From NCBI GenBank assembly GCA_951406725.2, contig OX597838.1:32178001-32242000 (forward strand): 64,000 nt of DNA. Reading direction: 5' to 3'. The number at the start of each line of letters is the position of its first letter. The stretch's first letter is position 1. The position numbers and the translations under genes are program-made. This stretch comes from Octopus vulgaris. Taxonomy: Eukaryota. The notes beneath the pieces are model-generated. The model saw only the letters and a list, made by a program, of their open reading frames with translations. It did no database searches and had not been told where the DNA came from. Of the stretch, positions 1 to 11,920 are shown piece after piece.

Positions 1-115
1 ATTTTAAAACTGTTGTAATACTTACAACATTTAATAAAATGATGTAGTGCAAAACGATCGTACCAAATTACCGGAGTTATTCTTGTTGCTTATTTTGATT
101 ATATATATATATATA

Positions 116-517
116 GGCGCAGGAGTGGCTGTGTGCTAAGTAGCTTGCTAACCAACCACATGGTTCCGGGTTCAGTCCCACTGCGTGGCATCTTGGGCAA
201 GTGTCTTCTGCTATAGCCCCGGGCCGACCAATGCCTTGTGAGTAGATTTGGTAGACGGAAACTGAAAGAAGCCTGTCGTATATATGTATATATTTATATA
301 TGTATGTGTGTGTGTGTCTGTGTTTGTCCCCCTAGCATCGCTTGACAACCGATGCTGGTGTGTTTACGTCCCCGTCACTTAGCGGTTCGGCAAAAGAGAC
401 TGATAGAATACGGACTGGGCTTACAAAGAATAAGTCCCAGGGTCGATTTGCTCGACTAAAGGCGGTGCTCCAGCATGGCCGCAGTCAAATGACTGAAACA
501 AGTAAAAGAGTAAAAGA

Positions 518-518
<1 letters not shown>
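116..518 (+). mobile_element. tRNA-derived SINE family A (internal microsatellite, AAGAGT tail)
   Basis: A box TGGCTGTGTGCT and B box GGTTCAGTCCC; many near-identical copies in the window. Confidence 0.9.
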
Positions 519-552
<34 letters not shown>

Positions 553-937
553 TTAGCTGTCACTTGTGAGTGAGTGCAACTTGGTAGCTTGTACCAAGGT
601 TTTGTTACTTGCTTTTGGTGCCTTCGTCTGCTTGACTGTGCAGCTGCTGAAGGCTGAGTGATGTCTGGAGTGTGAGTGCAAGAACAATATTGTAGAGTTG
701 AGTGTGAGTGCAAGAACAATATTGTAGAGTTGAGTGTAGCTGTAAGTTGAGCCAACTCCCAAGTGTGAGTATACCAGTTGATTTCAAACAGGAAAATGAG
801 TGAAAGTCACTGTCTGTAGTGATGAGGATGGCATCAAGAGGATTGAAAAGTTGTACATAACCAAAGAACATATATGAATGAGAGGTGGAAAGTGAGTGTG
901 AGTGATGACATGAGTGGGCATGAAAATCGTTACTCAC

Positions 938-1073
938 CGAGTGTGAGACCATGTTTATAAAATTTGAGGAGATCTTTCACCTGTGACATCCTGTCTTCGG
1001 TCGGCATGTGTTCATAGTTACCTAGACTCCGCTCTAGACGTAGACAGGTCATATGTTGTTGCATTGCTTTCAC
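938..1073 (-). CDS. NAA25: NAA25 exon 12 (VKAMQQHMTCLRLERSLGNYEHM...KFYKHGLTL)
   Basis: Acceptor TCTTCAG, donor G|GTGAGT, 136 nt. Aligns to IRALQQHLCVVQLTRLLGLY...RYQHGLEFG. Confidence 0.94.
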
Positions 1074-1883
1074 CTGAAGAGAGAGAGAGAGAGAAAGAGA
1101 GAGACATTAAGTCAGACAGACAAGATAAACAACAGAGAGATTAGAAGAAGAGCTAGACAGAAAGAGATAAGACAGGTAGAGATTAGAGAGGGAGATGAAT
1201 TATATTAGAGAGATAAACAGGTAGATTAATACTAGATTAGACAGAGAGACATAGAGAAACACAAATAGGTGGACACACAAATTATATTGAACAAAAATAA
1301 ATAGAATTTGAGTTCTCCGTAGTAGTGGTGGTGGAGATAGAGGGGATACAGTAAAGAGTGTTGATGTTGTTGTTTAGTTATGGGTCAACCATGACTAAAT
1401 GGACCAATGATCAAACATATTCCATCCATGACTATCCCATCTTTTCCTTCTTGTACGGGGAACATAGGACATTATCATCTAAAGTGTGCTTTTTCTAAGA
1501 TGGTGATTTGTGTGTGTTGGGGGTTTGACTGCTACTTCTAGTGGATCAATCAACCCTTTAGAGATTCCCCTGCTGGGTAAAAATCACGGACATAATGAAG
1601 GGGACAAAACAATAAAAAAAAAGTTGTAGGGTGTGTTAGAAGGGGGGAGGAAGGCAGATGCAAGTGTATTGTAATATAAGGGTATAGTGACCCTTTGGTA
1701 ACCTTATACATGTGTCAGATCCCTGACGCATGGCCCCTTCTTTATAGATTCTTACATAATGTCCACTACATACCCTAACACATTGTTCACATTTACAGTG
1801 CTCCCCCTACATATTGCATGTCCCCCTTACACACACACACAAAACTTCTCCCCCACCACCACCGTTCCTCCCTAAATACTTAC

Positions 1884-1952
1884 AGTTTGAGGAAATTCCT
1901 GTGAGTTATCACCCATGTTTAAACGTAAATCTTCGTTGATTGAAGTCAAAAA
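1884..1952 (-). CDS. NAA25: NAA25 exon 11 (FLTSINEDLRLNMGDNSQEFPQT)
   Basis: Acceptor CTTTCAG, donor ACT|GTAAGT, 69 nt, phase 0-0. Fills the gap between exons 10 and 12 in a less conserved region. Confidence 0.85.
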
Positions 1953-2171
1953 CTGAAAGTGAGGAGAGAAGAAATAAAAACAAAGATGAAACAAACATCA
2001 ATAATGACATGGGACAACATTTGGACAACTAAATATTTGAATGGAGGGGACAGGAGTTCAAGCTGAGGTCAAGGTAGTATTTTATATTGATAAGAACAGC
2101 CATTTAATATATATGTTCTTTTATTCTTTTATGTTTCAGCCCTAAGGCTGTGACCATGCTGGGGCACCGCC

Positions 2172-2211
<40 letters not shown>

Positions 2212-2364
2212 GTACTGTTCCATGATGGTAAGATCAACAAAAAAGTACTCCCTCTGATGAGAGATAAATATCATTTAAAGTACACAATACATGTCTTTAA
2301 GTGCTACTAATAGTTTCATATGTTGAGAAACACCTCAAATATATTCATCAGGCACAAACCACAT

Positions 2365-2610
2365 ATCATCATCATCGTTTAACGTCCGTTCTCCATGCTA
2401 GCATGGGTTGGACAGTTCGACCGGGGATCTGGGAAGCTAGAAGGCTGCACCAGGCTCCGGTCTTATCTGGCAATGTTTCTACAGCTGGACGCCCTTCCTA
2501 ACGCCAACCACTCCGTGAGTGTAGTGGGTGCTTTTTACGTGCCACCTGCACTGGAGCCAGGCGAGGCTGGCATCGGCCACGGTCGGATTGGTGCATTTTA
2601 CGTGCCACTA
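2365..2610 (-). mobile_element. Family C: RTE-related short retroelement with (GAT)n tail
   Basis: Reverse complement of ...TTAGGAAGGGCATCCAGCTGTAGAAAC...GGACGTTAAACGATGATGATG. Confidence 0.85.
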
Positions 2611-2803
2611 AAAATTGGATGAGGGAAGAAACATAAAAAAGATGAGAAGAAAGCATTTAGGAAAAAGTAAAAATGACGAAAGAGTTAACCTCCTTCGAGT
2701 TTGGATTATAAGACTGGAAAGATCAACAAGTTAATCAGGTATAGGAGGAATTTCCATACATGTGTGTGTGTGTGTGTGTATATATGTAAAAAAAAAGTTT
2801 ATT

Positions 2804-3020
2804 TGTGGCCGTTGCCAGTACCTCCTGACTGGCCCTTGTGCCGGTGGCACGTAAAAGCACCCACTACACTCTCGCAGTGGTTGGCGTTAGGAAGGGCATC
2901 CAGCTGTAGAAACCCTGCCAGATCAGATTGGAGTCTGGTGCAGCCATCTGGTTCGCCAGACCTCAGTCAAATCGTCCAACCCATGCTAGCATGGAAAGCG
3001 GACGTTAAACGATGATGATG
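2804..3020 (+). mobile_element. Family C
   Basis: Forward copy ending in (GAT)n. Confidence 0.85.
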
Positions 3021-3052
3021 TTGATATATATGTATATATATATATATATATA

Positions 3053-3090
<38 letters not shown>

Positions 3091-3196
3091 CACACACACA
3101 TGTAAATGTATATAAATGCTTGATCAGACACACAAAATATGCATGTACATACACAAAGGCAGATTTGATTTTTAATGAAACTAAGGTTAAACTTAC

Positions 3197-3309
3197 CTGA
3201 CTTTTGTCCTTATCACCCAACATTGTTATATAGTCACGCATGTCACCGAAACATCGCGCCTTATCACCGAACATACTAAAATACTGCTTCAGTAAGTCTG
3301 CTGGTTTAC
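3197..3309 (-). CDS. NAA25: NAA25 exon 10 (GKPADLLKQYFSMFGDKARCFGDMRDYITMLGDKDKSQ)
   Basis: Acceptor CTCGCCAG, donor CAG|GTAAGT, 113 nt. QYF..FGDK..CF.D motif. Confidence 0.95.
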
Positions 3310-3434
3310 CTGGCGAGAGAGAAAGAGAGTAATGCATGAGAGGCAACAAAAAAGACAGAGTAATGTATAAGAGGCAATGAGAAAGAGAGAGAGAGAGTGG
3401 GAAAGGGTAAGACCAGACCAGAAGGTATATTTAC

Positions 3435-3598
3435 CAATAATATCTGAGTAATCGTTGTTATCATTGTAAAACATCTTGAGGAGATGTAAGCGAGCGAGGT
3501 AGGGACCTCTGAGAGGCCGTTCAATCTCTCGATTTTCATCAGCAAGTTTCTCAATAAACGCGACGGCTTTCTCTATTGTGCAATGAGCAGACGACTCA
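3435..3598 (-). CDS. NAA25: NAA25 exon 9 (SESSAHCTIEKAVAFIEKL...RPLRGPYLARLHLL...)
   Basis: Acceptor CTTTCAG, donor G|GTAAAT, 164 nt. LRGPYLA motif. Confidence 0.95.
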
Positions 3599-3667
3599 CT
3601 GAAAGGACAAAAGAAAAATATCTCAATTGGTTCCTGTAGTCTGTGAGTAAACAAATGTCTAGGTTTT

Positions 3668-3703
<36 letters not shown>

Positions 3704-3709
<6 letters not shown>

Positions 3710-4245
3710 CATCATCGTTTAACGTCCATTTTCCATGCTAGCATGGGTTGCACGGTTCAGCTGGGGTCTGGGAAGCCAGAAAGCTGCACCAGGCCCAGTC
3801 TGATCTGGCAGTGTTTCTACAGCTGGATGCCCTTCCTAACACCAACCACTCCGTGAGTGTAGTGGGTGCTTTTTACATGCCACCTGCACAGGTGCTAGAC
3901 GAGGCTGGCAAACGGCCACGATTGGATGGTGCTTTTTACGTGCCACCTGCACAGGTGCCAGACCAGGCTGGCAAACAGCCACGATCGGATGGTGCTTTTT
4001 ACATGCCACCGGCATGGGGGCCAGACGAGGCTGGCAAACGGCCACGATCAGATGATGCTTTTTACGTGCCACCAGCACGGAGGCCAGTCGGGGCGGCACT
4101 GGCAACAGCCACAATCGGATGATGCTTATTATGTGCCACCAGCACGGAGGCCAGTCGTGGCAGCGCTGGCAACAGCCACGTTCGGATGGTTCTCTTACGT
4201 GCCACCGGCACTGGTATCACAGCTACAATTTCCATTGATGTTGAT
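3704..4245 (-). mobile_element. Family C with six internal ~63-bp units
   Basis: Repeated GATGGTGCTTTTTACGTGCCACC cores at about 62-67 bp spacing. Confidence 0.88.
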
Positions 4246-4990
4246 CGATTTCGATTTTGATTATATAATTATAATAATGAAGTAAAACCACATAATGAGG
4301 TTTTGAAAGCATTGAATGCATAGGTTTCAGTTGTGCGTGATATATAATAGGAAATACATCCCCTGGGCATTAGGAAGGACATCCAGCCAGAGAAACCATG
4401 GAGTCTGTTGGGGTTCAGTCCTACTGTGTGGCATGCTGGGCGAATGTTTTTTACTATAACACTTGTGAGTGGATTTGGCAGACGGAAACTGAAAGAAGCC
4501 CATCATGTGTGTATGCATATGTATGTATATATATATACAGATAGATAGATATGTATGTGTGTCCCCTGCCACCACTTGACAACAGGTGTTGGTTAGTTTA
4601 CATCTGTAACTTAGTGGTTCAGCAAAAGAGACTAACAGAATGAGTACCCGACTTAAAACAATAAGCATCAGGGTTGATTTGTTCAACTAAAACCCAACAG
4701 CATGGTGCCCCAGCATGGCCACAGTCCAATGACTGAAACAAGTAAAAGGTAGAAAAAAAAAAATTAAAGATAAAAGATGTCCATGAGATGATAAATTCAT
4801 TAACGAAGAATGCGGTATGACAAATTAACAGGTGACATATTGGCTTGGGATTTAATTACCTTGCAAAGAAATTACCCCAGATGTATTTACTAAACTCCCT
4901 GCTGGATATGCCCAGACCCTGGGCTAAAACACCACCACCACTAATAACAAAGTGACAGGTGTGTAAAACTGTAAAGGTGACATTACTAAC

Positions 4991-5080
4991 CTGTGTTCTT
5001 CTTCGTTGCTGTCTTTTTTACACTTGACGAGTTCTGTGACACATGTTAAATACTGACTCCAAAAGCTCCAATCATCTGGG
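4991..5080 (-). CDS. NAA25: NAA25 exon 8 (NPDDWSFWSQYLTCVTELVKCKKDSNEEEH)
   Basis: Acceptor TTTTCAG, donor AG|GTTAGT, 90 nt. N-x-DDW motif. Confidence 0.94.
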
Positions 5081-5199
5081 CTGAAAAGCAAGAGAGAAAG
5101 AGAATCATTAATATTATTATCATCATCATCATCAGTATGAAAGTTCATGAGAGAACTATGTGTTCATTGTACATGCTAGAAAAAGCAGCTAAATATATC

Positions 5200-5434
5200 T
5201 TAACCCTTTAAGCATTTCAACTGGCCCCCATACCCGGCCAAAATATTCTACCTGTTTTAAGTTTAAACCAACCAGATCTGGCTTCTTACACTTACTTTAC
5301 AATGTCACACTAAAAACAATTAATCACATCATCAAAATCTCAAAAGCTACAAGATAGTGCATTATTAATTAAAAACAATGTGAATAAACGCGCTAATTAT
5401 ATTTGACAGAATAATCTGAATGCTAAAGGGTTAA
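5200..5434. mobile_element. Second TTAA MITE family (related copies ~7917-8137, 26510-26692, 35400-35686)
   Basis: Termini TTAACCCTTT(A)AGCATT...AATGCTAAAGGGTTAA recur at these loci. Confidence 0.7.
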
Positions 5435-5955
5435 AAAAACCTGTATTTGAATTTAAAAAATAACCTGATTTGATATCATAGTGCTAGATCCACATACTTG
5501 CCAAAAAAAAATAAATAAACGATGAGATGGTCAGAGTTGGAGTGTCTATGATGACAGGTTTGCTAGATTAGTGTTGGCCTAGATACACTAGAGATATAAA
5601 TTATGTACTAATTATACCATATATATATAAGTTAGGTACTAGTTATAACTATATACATATATTAAATACCAATTATACTACATACACATATACTAGGTGT
5701 ATAATGTGAGGGGGTGCGGCCTAGGGGTCAGGGTGTTTGGGCTCATGATCACAAGGTTGTTAGTTCAATTTCTGGACTGGTTGATGTGTTGTCTCTTTGA
5801 AGCAAACACCTGACTTGACAGCAGGGTCAAAAGTAAGGCGGCCCAGAGTGTGCTTACGACTCCCTGAGACTAAATATGTTCAGGAAACAATTAGTGAAAA
5901 TGTCGTACAAGTTGCCAAGTGATACTAATTTGATAACATGGCTTAGTGGGTAGAG

Positions 5956-6156
5956 CAGTGGTTTTCAACCAGGGTTCCGCCAGTACAGTCCAGGGGTTCC
6001 GCAAGAAGTTACAAAACTGCTAAAATCGGCAGTAATTTTTAATTCTCCTGTGCAGATATGTGTGCATAAGACTATTAAATTATTGCACGGGGGTTCCTCG
6101 AGCCAGTGGAATGTTTCCTTGGGGTTCCGCTCCAGCAAAAAGTTTGAAAAGCACTG
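5956..6156 (+). mobile_element. hAT (Buster/Charlie-like) MITE
   Basis: Termini CAGTGGTTTTCAA...TTGAAAAGCACTG, 8-bp TSD GGGTAGAG; inserted into a tRNA-like SINE head. Confidence 0.9.
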
Positions 6157-7497
6157 GGGTAGAGGATCGCTCGCATGATTCTAAGATTGCAGTTTCGATT
6201 CCTAGAGAGGACAATGCATTGTTTTCTTGAGTAAAACACTTCGTTTCATGTTACTCCAGTCTACTCAGTTAGCGAAAAAAAGTGTGTAACCTTGCGACGG
6301 ACCATGGTTGCTTGTTTATAGGAGGATGTTGCTCCCAATAAAATCTGACTAGAATCATGACAATCCATCCATGGCAGCATAGAAAACTGATACTGAAACA
6401 CAATTTATAAGACGCACAAGTGTGTGTGTGCGTGCGTTCAATCTGAGTATTCCGAGCAAGGTAGACAACTCTGTCTCTTACTGCCCGACTTCATATTCGA
6501 AGCAGTGACGTGGGAGGAAGGACTACGCAGACCAATATTAAAACCAGTTGTTCCATTCCATATCATCCCTCTACACACACAACAAACTTCAGTTTGATTA
6601 AGCCTCAGTGTATGACTGGTACATATTTAATCAACCTTGGAGGGAGCCTCTACACAGTCAAGTGACCGGTTAGAAACAGCTCCTAAATCACCTTCAAACT
6701 ACAGCCTGCCATCTCAGAAAAGAACATGGAGAGTAACTTCCCTACATATCTGAAAAAAAGACAGGATGGTCACAGATGGAATGCCTTTGAATACAGGTCT
6801 GCTCAATAAACACTGACCTGGGATTAAATGAAAACCTTGGTGGGATGAAAAGGTAAGTGAACTTAAGTGAGGTTTGAACACAAGACCCCACAAGGGAATT
6901 TTAACTTGAGTCCAGGGTTTCAGATTTTGGTACGTGAAAGTGGAGGGGATTAAATCAATACCACAAGGTTTTTTTTTTTTCCAATCTTCAAATAATTCTG
7001 TTGATTCATTACTCTGATACAAACAATAATTAAAACACCCAAAGTAATTAACTCTACAAAATTGTTAATCTATGTTAACGAGTAAAACATGACTTAATAA
7101 TTGAAGTATCAATGACTACATAATCATTATAGCTATGTTAATGAGGTGAGATCTAATGTAGGTTGTGATAATTAAATCCCCTAATGGAGCAACTGCACAC
7201 AATTGTTATAGCTATGTTAACGATGTAAAACGTAACATAAACATCCAGAGATCAACTCTACGCGGAATCATCACGGTTTCATTAGTGAGATGCAACATGA
7301 TATATGCAATAATAATTAACTGCTGGGCATTTATGCTGGTCATACTAGGCCCAAATATGCTACTTGTTTTATATTCAAATGGGCCAGATCTAGCCTCTCA
7401 CACATGCTCTACAATGTCATTCTAAAGATACACAATCACATCATCAAAATTTCAAAGCTATGAGAAAGCCAAGTGTAATTGTAGCTGTGGCAGATAC

Positions 7498-7731
7498 CTA
7501 TTTCTTTACTACCCACAAGGGGCTAAACACAGAGGGGACAAACAAGGACAGACATAGGTATTAAGTCGATAACAACGACCCCAGTGCGTAACTGGTACTT
7601 AATTTATTGACCCCGAAAGGATGAAAGGCAAAGTCAACCTCGGCGGAATTTGAACTCACAACATAACAGCTGACGAAATACCGCTAAGCATTTCGCCCGG
7701 CGTGCTAACGTTTCTGCCAGTTCGCTGCCTT
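7498..7731 (-). mobile_element. SINE family B (Deu/Nin-like core CCTTTCATCCTTTCGGGGTCGATAAATTAAGTACC)
   Basis: Recurrent ~230-bp element with B box GAGTTCAAATTCC. Other copies at ~9175-9392, 15132-15367, 26205-26428, 46290-46453 and 54908-55064 (-). Confidence 0.85.
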
Positions 7732-8193
7732 AGCTGTGGCAGATACCGGTATCATGCAAGTGACATGTTAGAGCAATCATTACATTCTTGGTGGTTGGTG
7801 ATAGGAAAGGCATCCAGCCCCTCAGCTTACCAGCCCTGGTCAAACCGTCCAACCCATACCAGAATGGACAACAGATGTTAAATGATGACAAGGAAGGGAT
7901 AATACAGGATTAATTCCACCCTTTAGCATTCAGATTATTTTATCAAATGTAACGATTATTCATTTGCACTGTCTTGAATTAATAATCAATTGTCATGTTG
8001 CTTCAAGATTTTGATGATGTTATTGTTTATTTTTAGAATGACATTGTAGGATGTGTGTGAGAGGCCAGATCTGGCCAGTTTGAACATAAATCAGAATATT
8101 TGGCCTGGACATGGCCAGTTTAAATAGTGAAGGGTTAAATCAATGTGAACAGATAAGGATTACATTTGACAGAGTAACCTAAATGCTAAAGGC

Positions 8194-8919
8194 TTAACCC
8201 TTTTGTTACCAACCTGGCTGAAACCGGCTCTGTAGTACAAATGTCTTGTTTTCATAAGTTTTGAATTAAAATCTTCCACCAAACCTTAGTCAAAATTTAT
8301 GCTCCTAACACTAGTTTAATGATAACTAAGTTATTTTACTAAATTCTTTGTTATATTTTAAAGTAATTGAAAGAAACACAGAGCATCTCAACAGAAATAT
8401 GGTAACAAAAGGGTTAAAATATATAATAGAGAAACAATTCTTAACCCTTTCATTACCAACCCGGCTGAAACCGGCTCTGGCTCTGTAGTACAAATGTCTT
8501 GTTTTCATAAGTTTTGAATTAAAATCTTCCACCAAACCTTAGTCAAAATTTATGCTCCTAACACTAGTTTAATGATAACTAAGTTATTTTACTAAATTCT
8601 TTGTTATATTTTAAAGTAATTGAAAGAAACACAGAGCATCTCAACAGAAATATGGTAACAAAAGGGTTAAAATATATAATAGAGGAACAATTCTTAACCC
8701 TTTCGATACCAACCTGGCTGAAACTGACTCTGGCTCTGAGTACAAATGTCTTGTTTTCATAAGTTTTGAATTAAAATCTTCCACCAAACCTTAGTCAAAA
8801 TTTATGCTCCTAACACTAGTTTAATGATAACTAAGTTATTTTACTAAATTCTTTGTTATATTTAAAGTAATTGAAAGAAACAGAGCATCTCAAAATAAAT
8901 ACAGTAACGAAAGGGTTAA
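8194..8919 (+). mobile_element. Three tandem piggyBac-type (TTAA) MITEs
   Basis: TTAA-CCCTTT...AAAGGG-TTAA copies at 8198-8413, 8445-8666 and 8698-8915, separated by a repeated 23-bp spacer. Confidence 0.9.
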
Positions 8920-9022
8920 AGCATTCAATGGGATTGGCTCAGAACATTGTGTTAAAGTAAAAGATAGGCAAGGCATTTCTGAAAGTGGAAAGCTGTGTAA
9001 AGAGACCAAAGCTGGAACTTAC

Positions 9023-9134
9023 TTCTCTTGTAACAAGGCTTGGTAGGCTACGTTGGCTTTTGACCATTCTTTTAATTTACAATACAAACTTGCAATTTCC
9101 TTTTTCCGAAAATCAATCTCACTGGTGAATTTTT
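9023..9134 (-). CDS. NAA25: NAA25 exon 7 (EKFTSEIDFRKKEIASLYCKLKEWSKANVAYQALLQE)
   Basis: Acceptor CCCCAG, donor AA|GTAAGT, 112 nt. Aligns to EKLTSEIQSRENKCMAMYKKLSRWPECN. Confidence 0.94.
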
Positions 9135-10100
9135 CTGGGGAACAAAAATAAAATTTCAAATAAGTCATTATAACAATGGTTTCATATTCTCGCACAAGGC
9201 CAGCAATTTTAGGAGGTGGCGAGGTTTGTCGGTTACATCACGCCCAGTGCGTAACTGGTACTTATTTAATCGACCCCGAAAGGATGAAGGGTTAAGTCGA
9301 CCTCGGCGGAATTTGAACTCAGAACGTAACGGCAGACGAAATACGGCTACGCATTTCGCCCGGCGTGCTAACGTTTCTGCCAGCTCGCCGCCTTTCTCTG
9401 AATCCTCATCCCCACACCCACTCCTTATACTCCACCCAATCACACTTCTATCCCAACCTCCTCCTCCTCCTCTTCTCTCCCCCAACCCACAATCTGTTTC
9501 CTCATACTTTATCCCTTCCACCCCACGCCACTCTCATTTTTTGCTTTCAGTGTTGGTCCTTTAGACTTGCCAGTAAAACAAGACGTAGACCTGATGCCAT
9601 GACGAACCCCACCCCCCAGTTCACTCTATAATCTGCTCAAAAAGGTCTTGGTCATTTGTCATTGCCTCTGTGAAGCCAAACGCTCAAAAGGTGCTTTTCA
9701 TGTGCCACCAACATCGGCCACCTTGCCTCCATGAGACCTAACACTCAAAAGGTGCTTTCTCTGTGCCAGTTACGTGACACCAGCATCGGCCGCAACCACA
9801 GTTTCACTTGGCTTGCTGGGTCTTCTCAAGCACAGCATATCTCCAAAGGTCTTGGTCTCTAGTCATTGCTTCTATGAGGCCCAGAGCTCAAAGATCATGC
9901 TTCACCACCTAATCCCATGTCTTTCTGGGCCTACCTCTACCACAGGTTCCTTCCTGTTGGAGATCGGCACTTCTTTACACAGCTGTCCTTGTCCATACAC
10001 ATAAGACCATACCAGCACAGTCATCTCTCGCTTGCACACCACATCTGATGCCTCTTATGCCCAACCTTTCTCTCAAAATGGTTACAGTGGTACACACACA

Positions 10101-10578
10101 CATATATAGGGTAGCGAATATTCGTTATAAATATCACCACCAGTGGCGATATTTATAATGAATATTTGCTGCCCTATATATGTATCTTATGAATATGTTC
10201 TTAGCATTCTCGAAGATTCATCTCAGCATTATATTTACTGCCAACTGTAACTACGCCTGCGCACAGAATTTTGAAAAATTATAACATATAATGATGGGAC
10301 ACGTGTTATCTTGTCTCTGAATTATAAGTTAGTTATTGAGGCCGGTTACTGATGAGAATTCACCTGGCGGATAATATTGTCTTGCTAAATTACCTATTAA
10401 AGGGTGGCAGATAATCTTATTTGCTAAAGAAATTCGAAACCATGGTATAACTGCAAATAAAAATAACAAGGTGAAGGTTTTTATTTTTCATTTCCTTCGA
10501 AAATTGCTATTGTGGTTTTGGCTGCTTTTTCTAGCATGTAAAAAAAATTACCTGTTAAAGGGTAATTTTCTTTTGTCA
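10101..10578 (+). mobile_element. Penelope-like element terminal fragment (pLTR) with inverted 5' end and hammerhead
   Basis: Imperfect 82-bp palindrome at 10101-10182 followed by the hammerhead motif; this arrangement is typical of PLE insertions. Confidence 0.6.
10343..10453 (+). ncRNA. Type I hammerhead ribozyme motif (Penelope-like, long stem II, palindromic stem III)
   Basis: CGGTTA-CTGATGA(10349-55)-GAATT...AATTC-GAAA(10436-39)-CCATG-GTA-TAACTG. Stem I CGGTTA/TAACTG, stem II base GAATT/AATTC, palindromic CCATGG, GUA cleavage triplet. Confidence 0.8.
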
Positions 10579-10926
10579 ACATCAATGGAAATTGCAGCTG
10601 TGATACCAGTGCCGGTGGTACGTAAGAGAACCATCCGAACATGGCTGTTGCCAGCGCTGCCCCGGCTGGCCTCGTGCCGGTGGCACATAAAAAGCACCAT
10701 CCGATCGTGGCCATTTGCCAGCCTCGTCTGGCACCTGTGCCGGTGGCACGTAAAAAGCACCCACTACACTCACGGAGTGGTTGGCGTTAGGAAGGGCATC
10801 CAGCCGTAGAAACTTTGCCAGATCAGACTGGGCCTGGCGCAGCCTTCTGGCTTCCCAGACCCCAGTTGAACCATCCAACCCATGCTAACATAGAAAGCGG
10901 ACACTAAACGATGATGATGATGATGA
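10578..10926 (+). mobile_element. Family C
   Basis: Forward copy with 3 internal units. Confidence 0.88.
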
Positions 10927-11178
10927 ATATAAACATCAAAGTGTATGTTTATCATTAACATTTTATCACATAATCTATATCGTGAACACTAAGGATTATT
11001 TTCCTCATTTGTTCCTCCAAACACTACAAAATCTAGCTGAGAAAACCCACACTGGATAGGTACGTCCCTAAAACAATTCCACACAAACATACACATTAAC
11101 CCTATGACTTCACCACTGCTGCAACTACCACACATACACTTCACACTACCCCAGTGAAACATTAAACAAGTTTCTCAC

Positions 11179-11259
11179 CTCCAAGTGGTCCCTGCAACAA
11201 ATCTATAGCTTCCTGCCACTTCTCCAATTCTTTCAATATAATCAGATAAAGGTGAATCT
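11179..11259 (-). CDS. NAA25: NAA25 exon 6 (EIHLYLIILKELEKWQEAIDLLQGPLG)
   Basis: Acceptor CCCTCAG, donor G|GTGAGA, 81 nt. Aligns to EVELYYMILERLGKYQEALDVIRGKLG. Confidence 0.94.
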
Positions 11260-11389
11260 CTGAGGGAGGAGAAAGAAAGAAAGAAAGAATATAGTGGAAA
11301 TGTTTAGAAAGATAAGGAACAAATGTGAGTGTAAATGAGAGAGTGTATGTATATATGGTGTGTGTGTGTGTGTGTGTATGTATATACTT

Positions 11390-11628
11390 TTATTTTTTTT
11401 ATTTGGTTTAGTCATTTGACTGTGACCATGCTGGAGTACCGCATTGAAGGGTTTTTTTGTCGAATGAATTGACCCCAGGACTTTTTTTTAAAGCCTGGTA
11501 CTTATTCTATCAGTCTCTTTTGTTGAACTGCTAAGCTACGGGTATGTAAACACACCAACACTGGTTGTCAAGCAGTGATGGGGAGGACAAACAGACACAA
11601 ACACACACACACGTGTGTGTGTGTGTGC

Positions 11629-11672
<44 letters not shown>

Positions 11673-11800
11673 GATGGGCTTCTTTCAGTTTCCACCTACC
11701 AAGTCTACTCATAAGGCTTTGGTTGACCTGAGGCTATAGAGGAAAACACTTGCTCAAGGTGTCACACAGTGGGACTGAACCCAGGGCCGTGTGGTTGCAA
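11390..11800 (-). mobile_element. SINE family A
   Basis: Reverse complement of 116-518, diverged. Confidence 0.8.
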
Positions 11801-11888
11801 AGGAGATAACAAAGGACCAAGATGACTGGCGATATGCAGTTCCTGAGAAGACTCGCCCATCCCCCTAAAAAATTGAGACTCCAGAAGC

Positions 11889-11920
<32 letters not shown>

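Noticed and set aside
668-737. 32-bp tandem duplication and overlapping ORFs 456-952
   Set aside because: Intronic low-complexity sequence downstream of the exon 12 donor; no similarity to the next expected NAA25 segment.
3860-4215. CRISPR-like array (conserved hairpin repeats with variable spacers)
   Set aside because: The spacers are homologous to each other, the array is internal to a dispersed eukaryotic retroelement, and there are no cas genes.
5861-5886. miR-125/lin-4-like TCCCTGAGAC
   Set aside because: Only a 10-nt match and no pre-miRNA-length hairpin.
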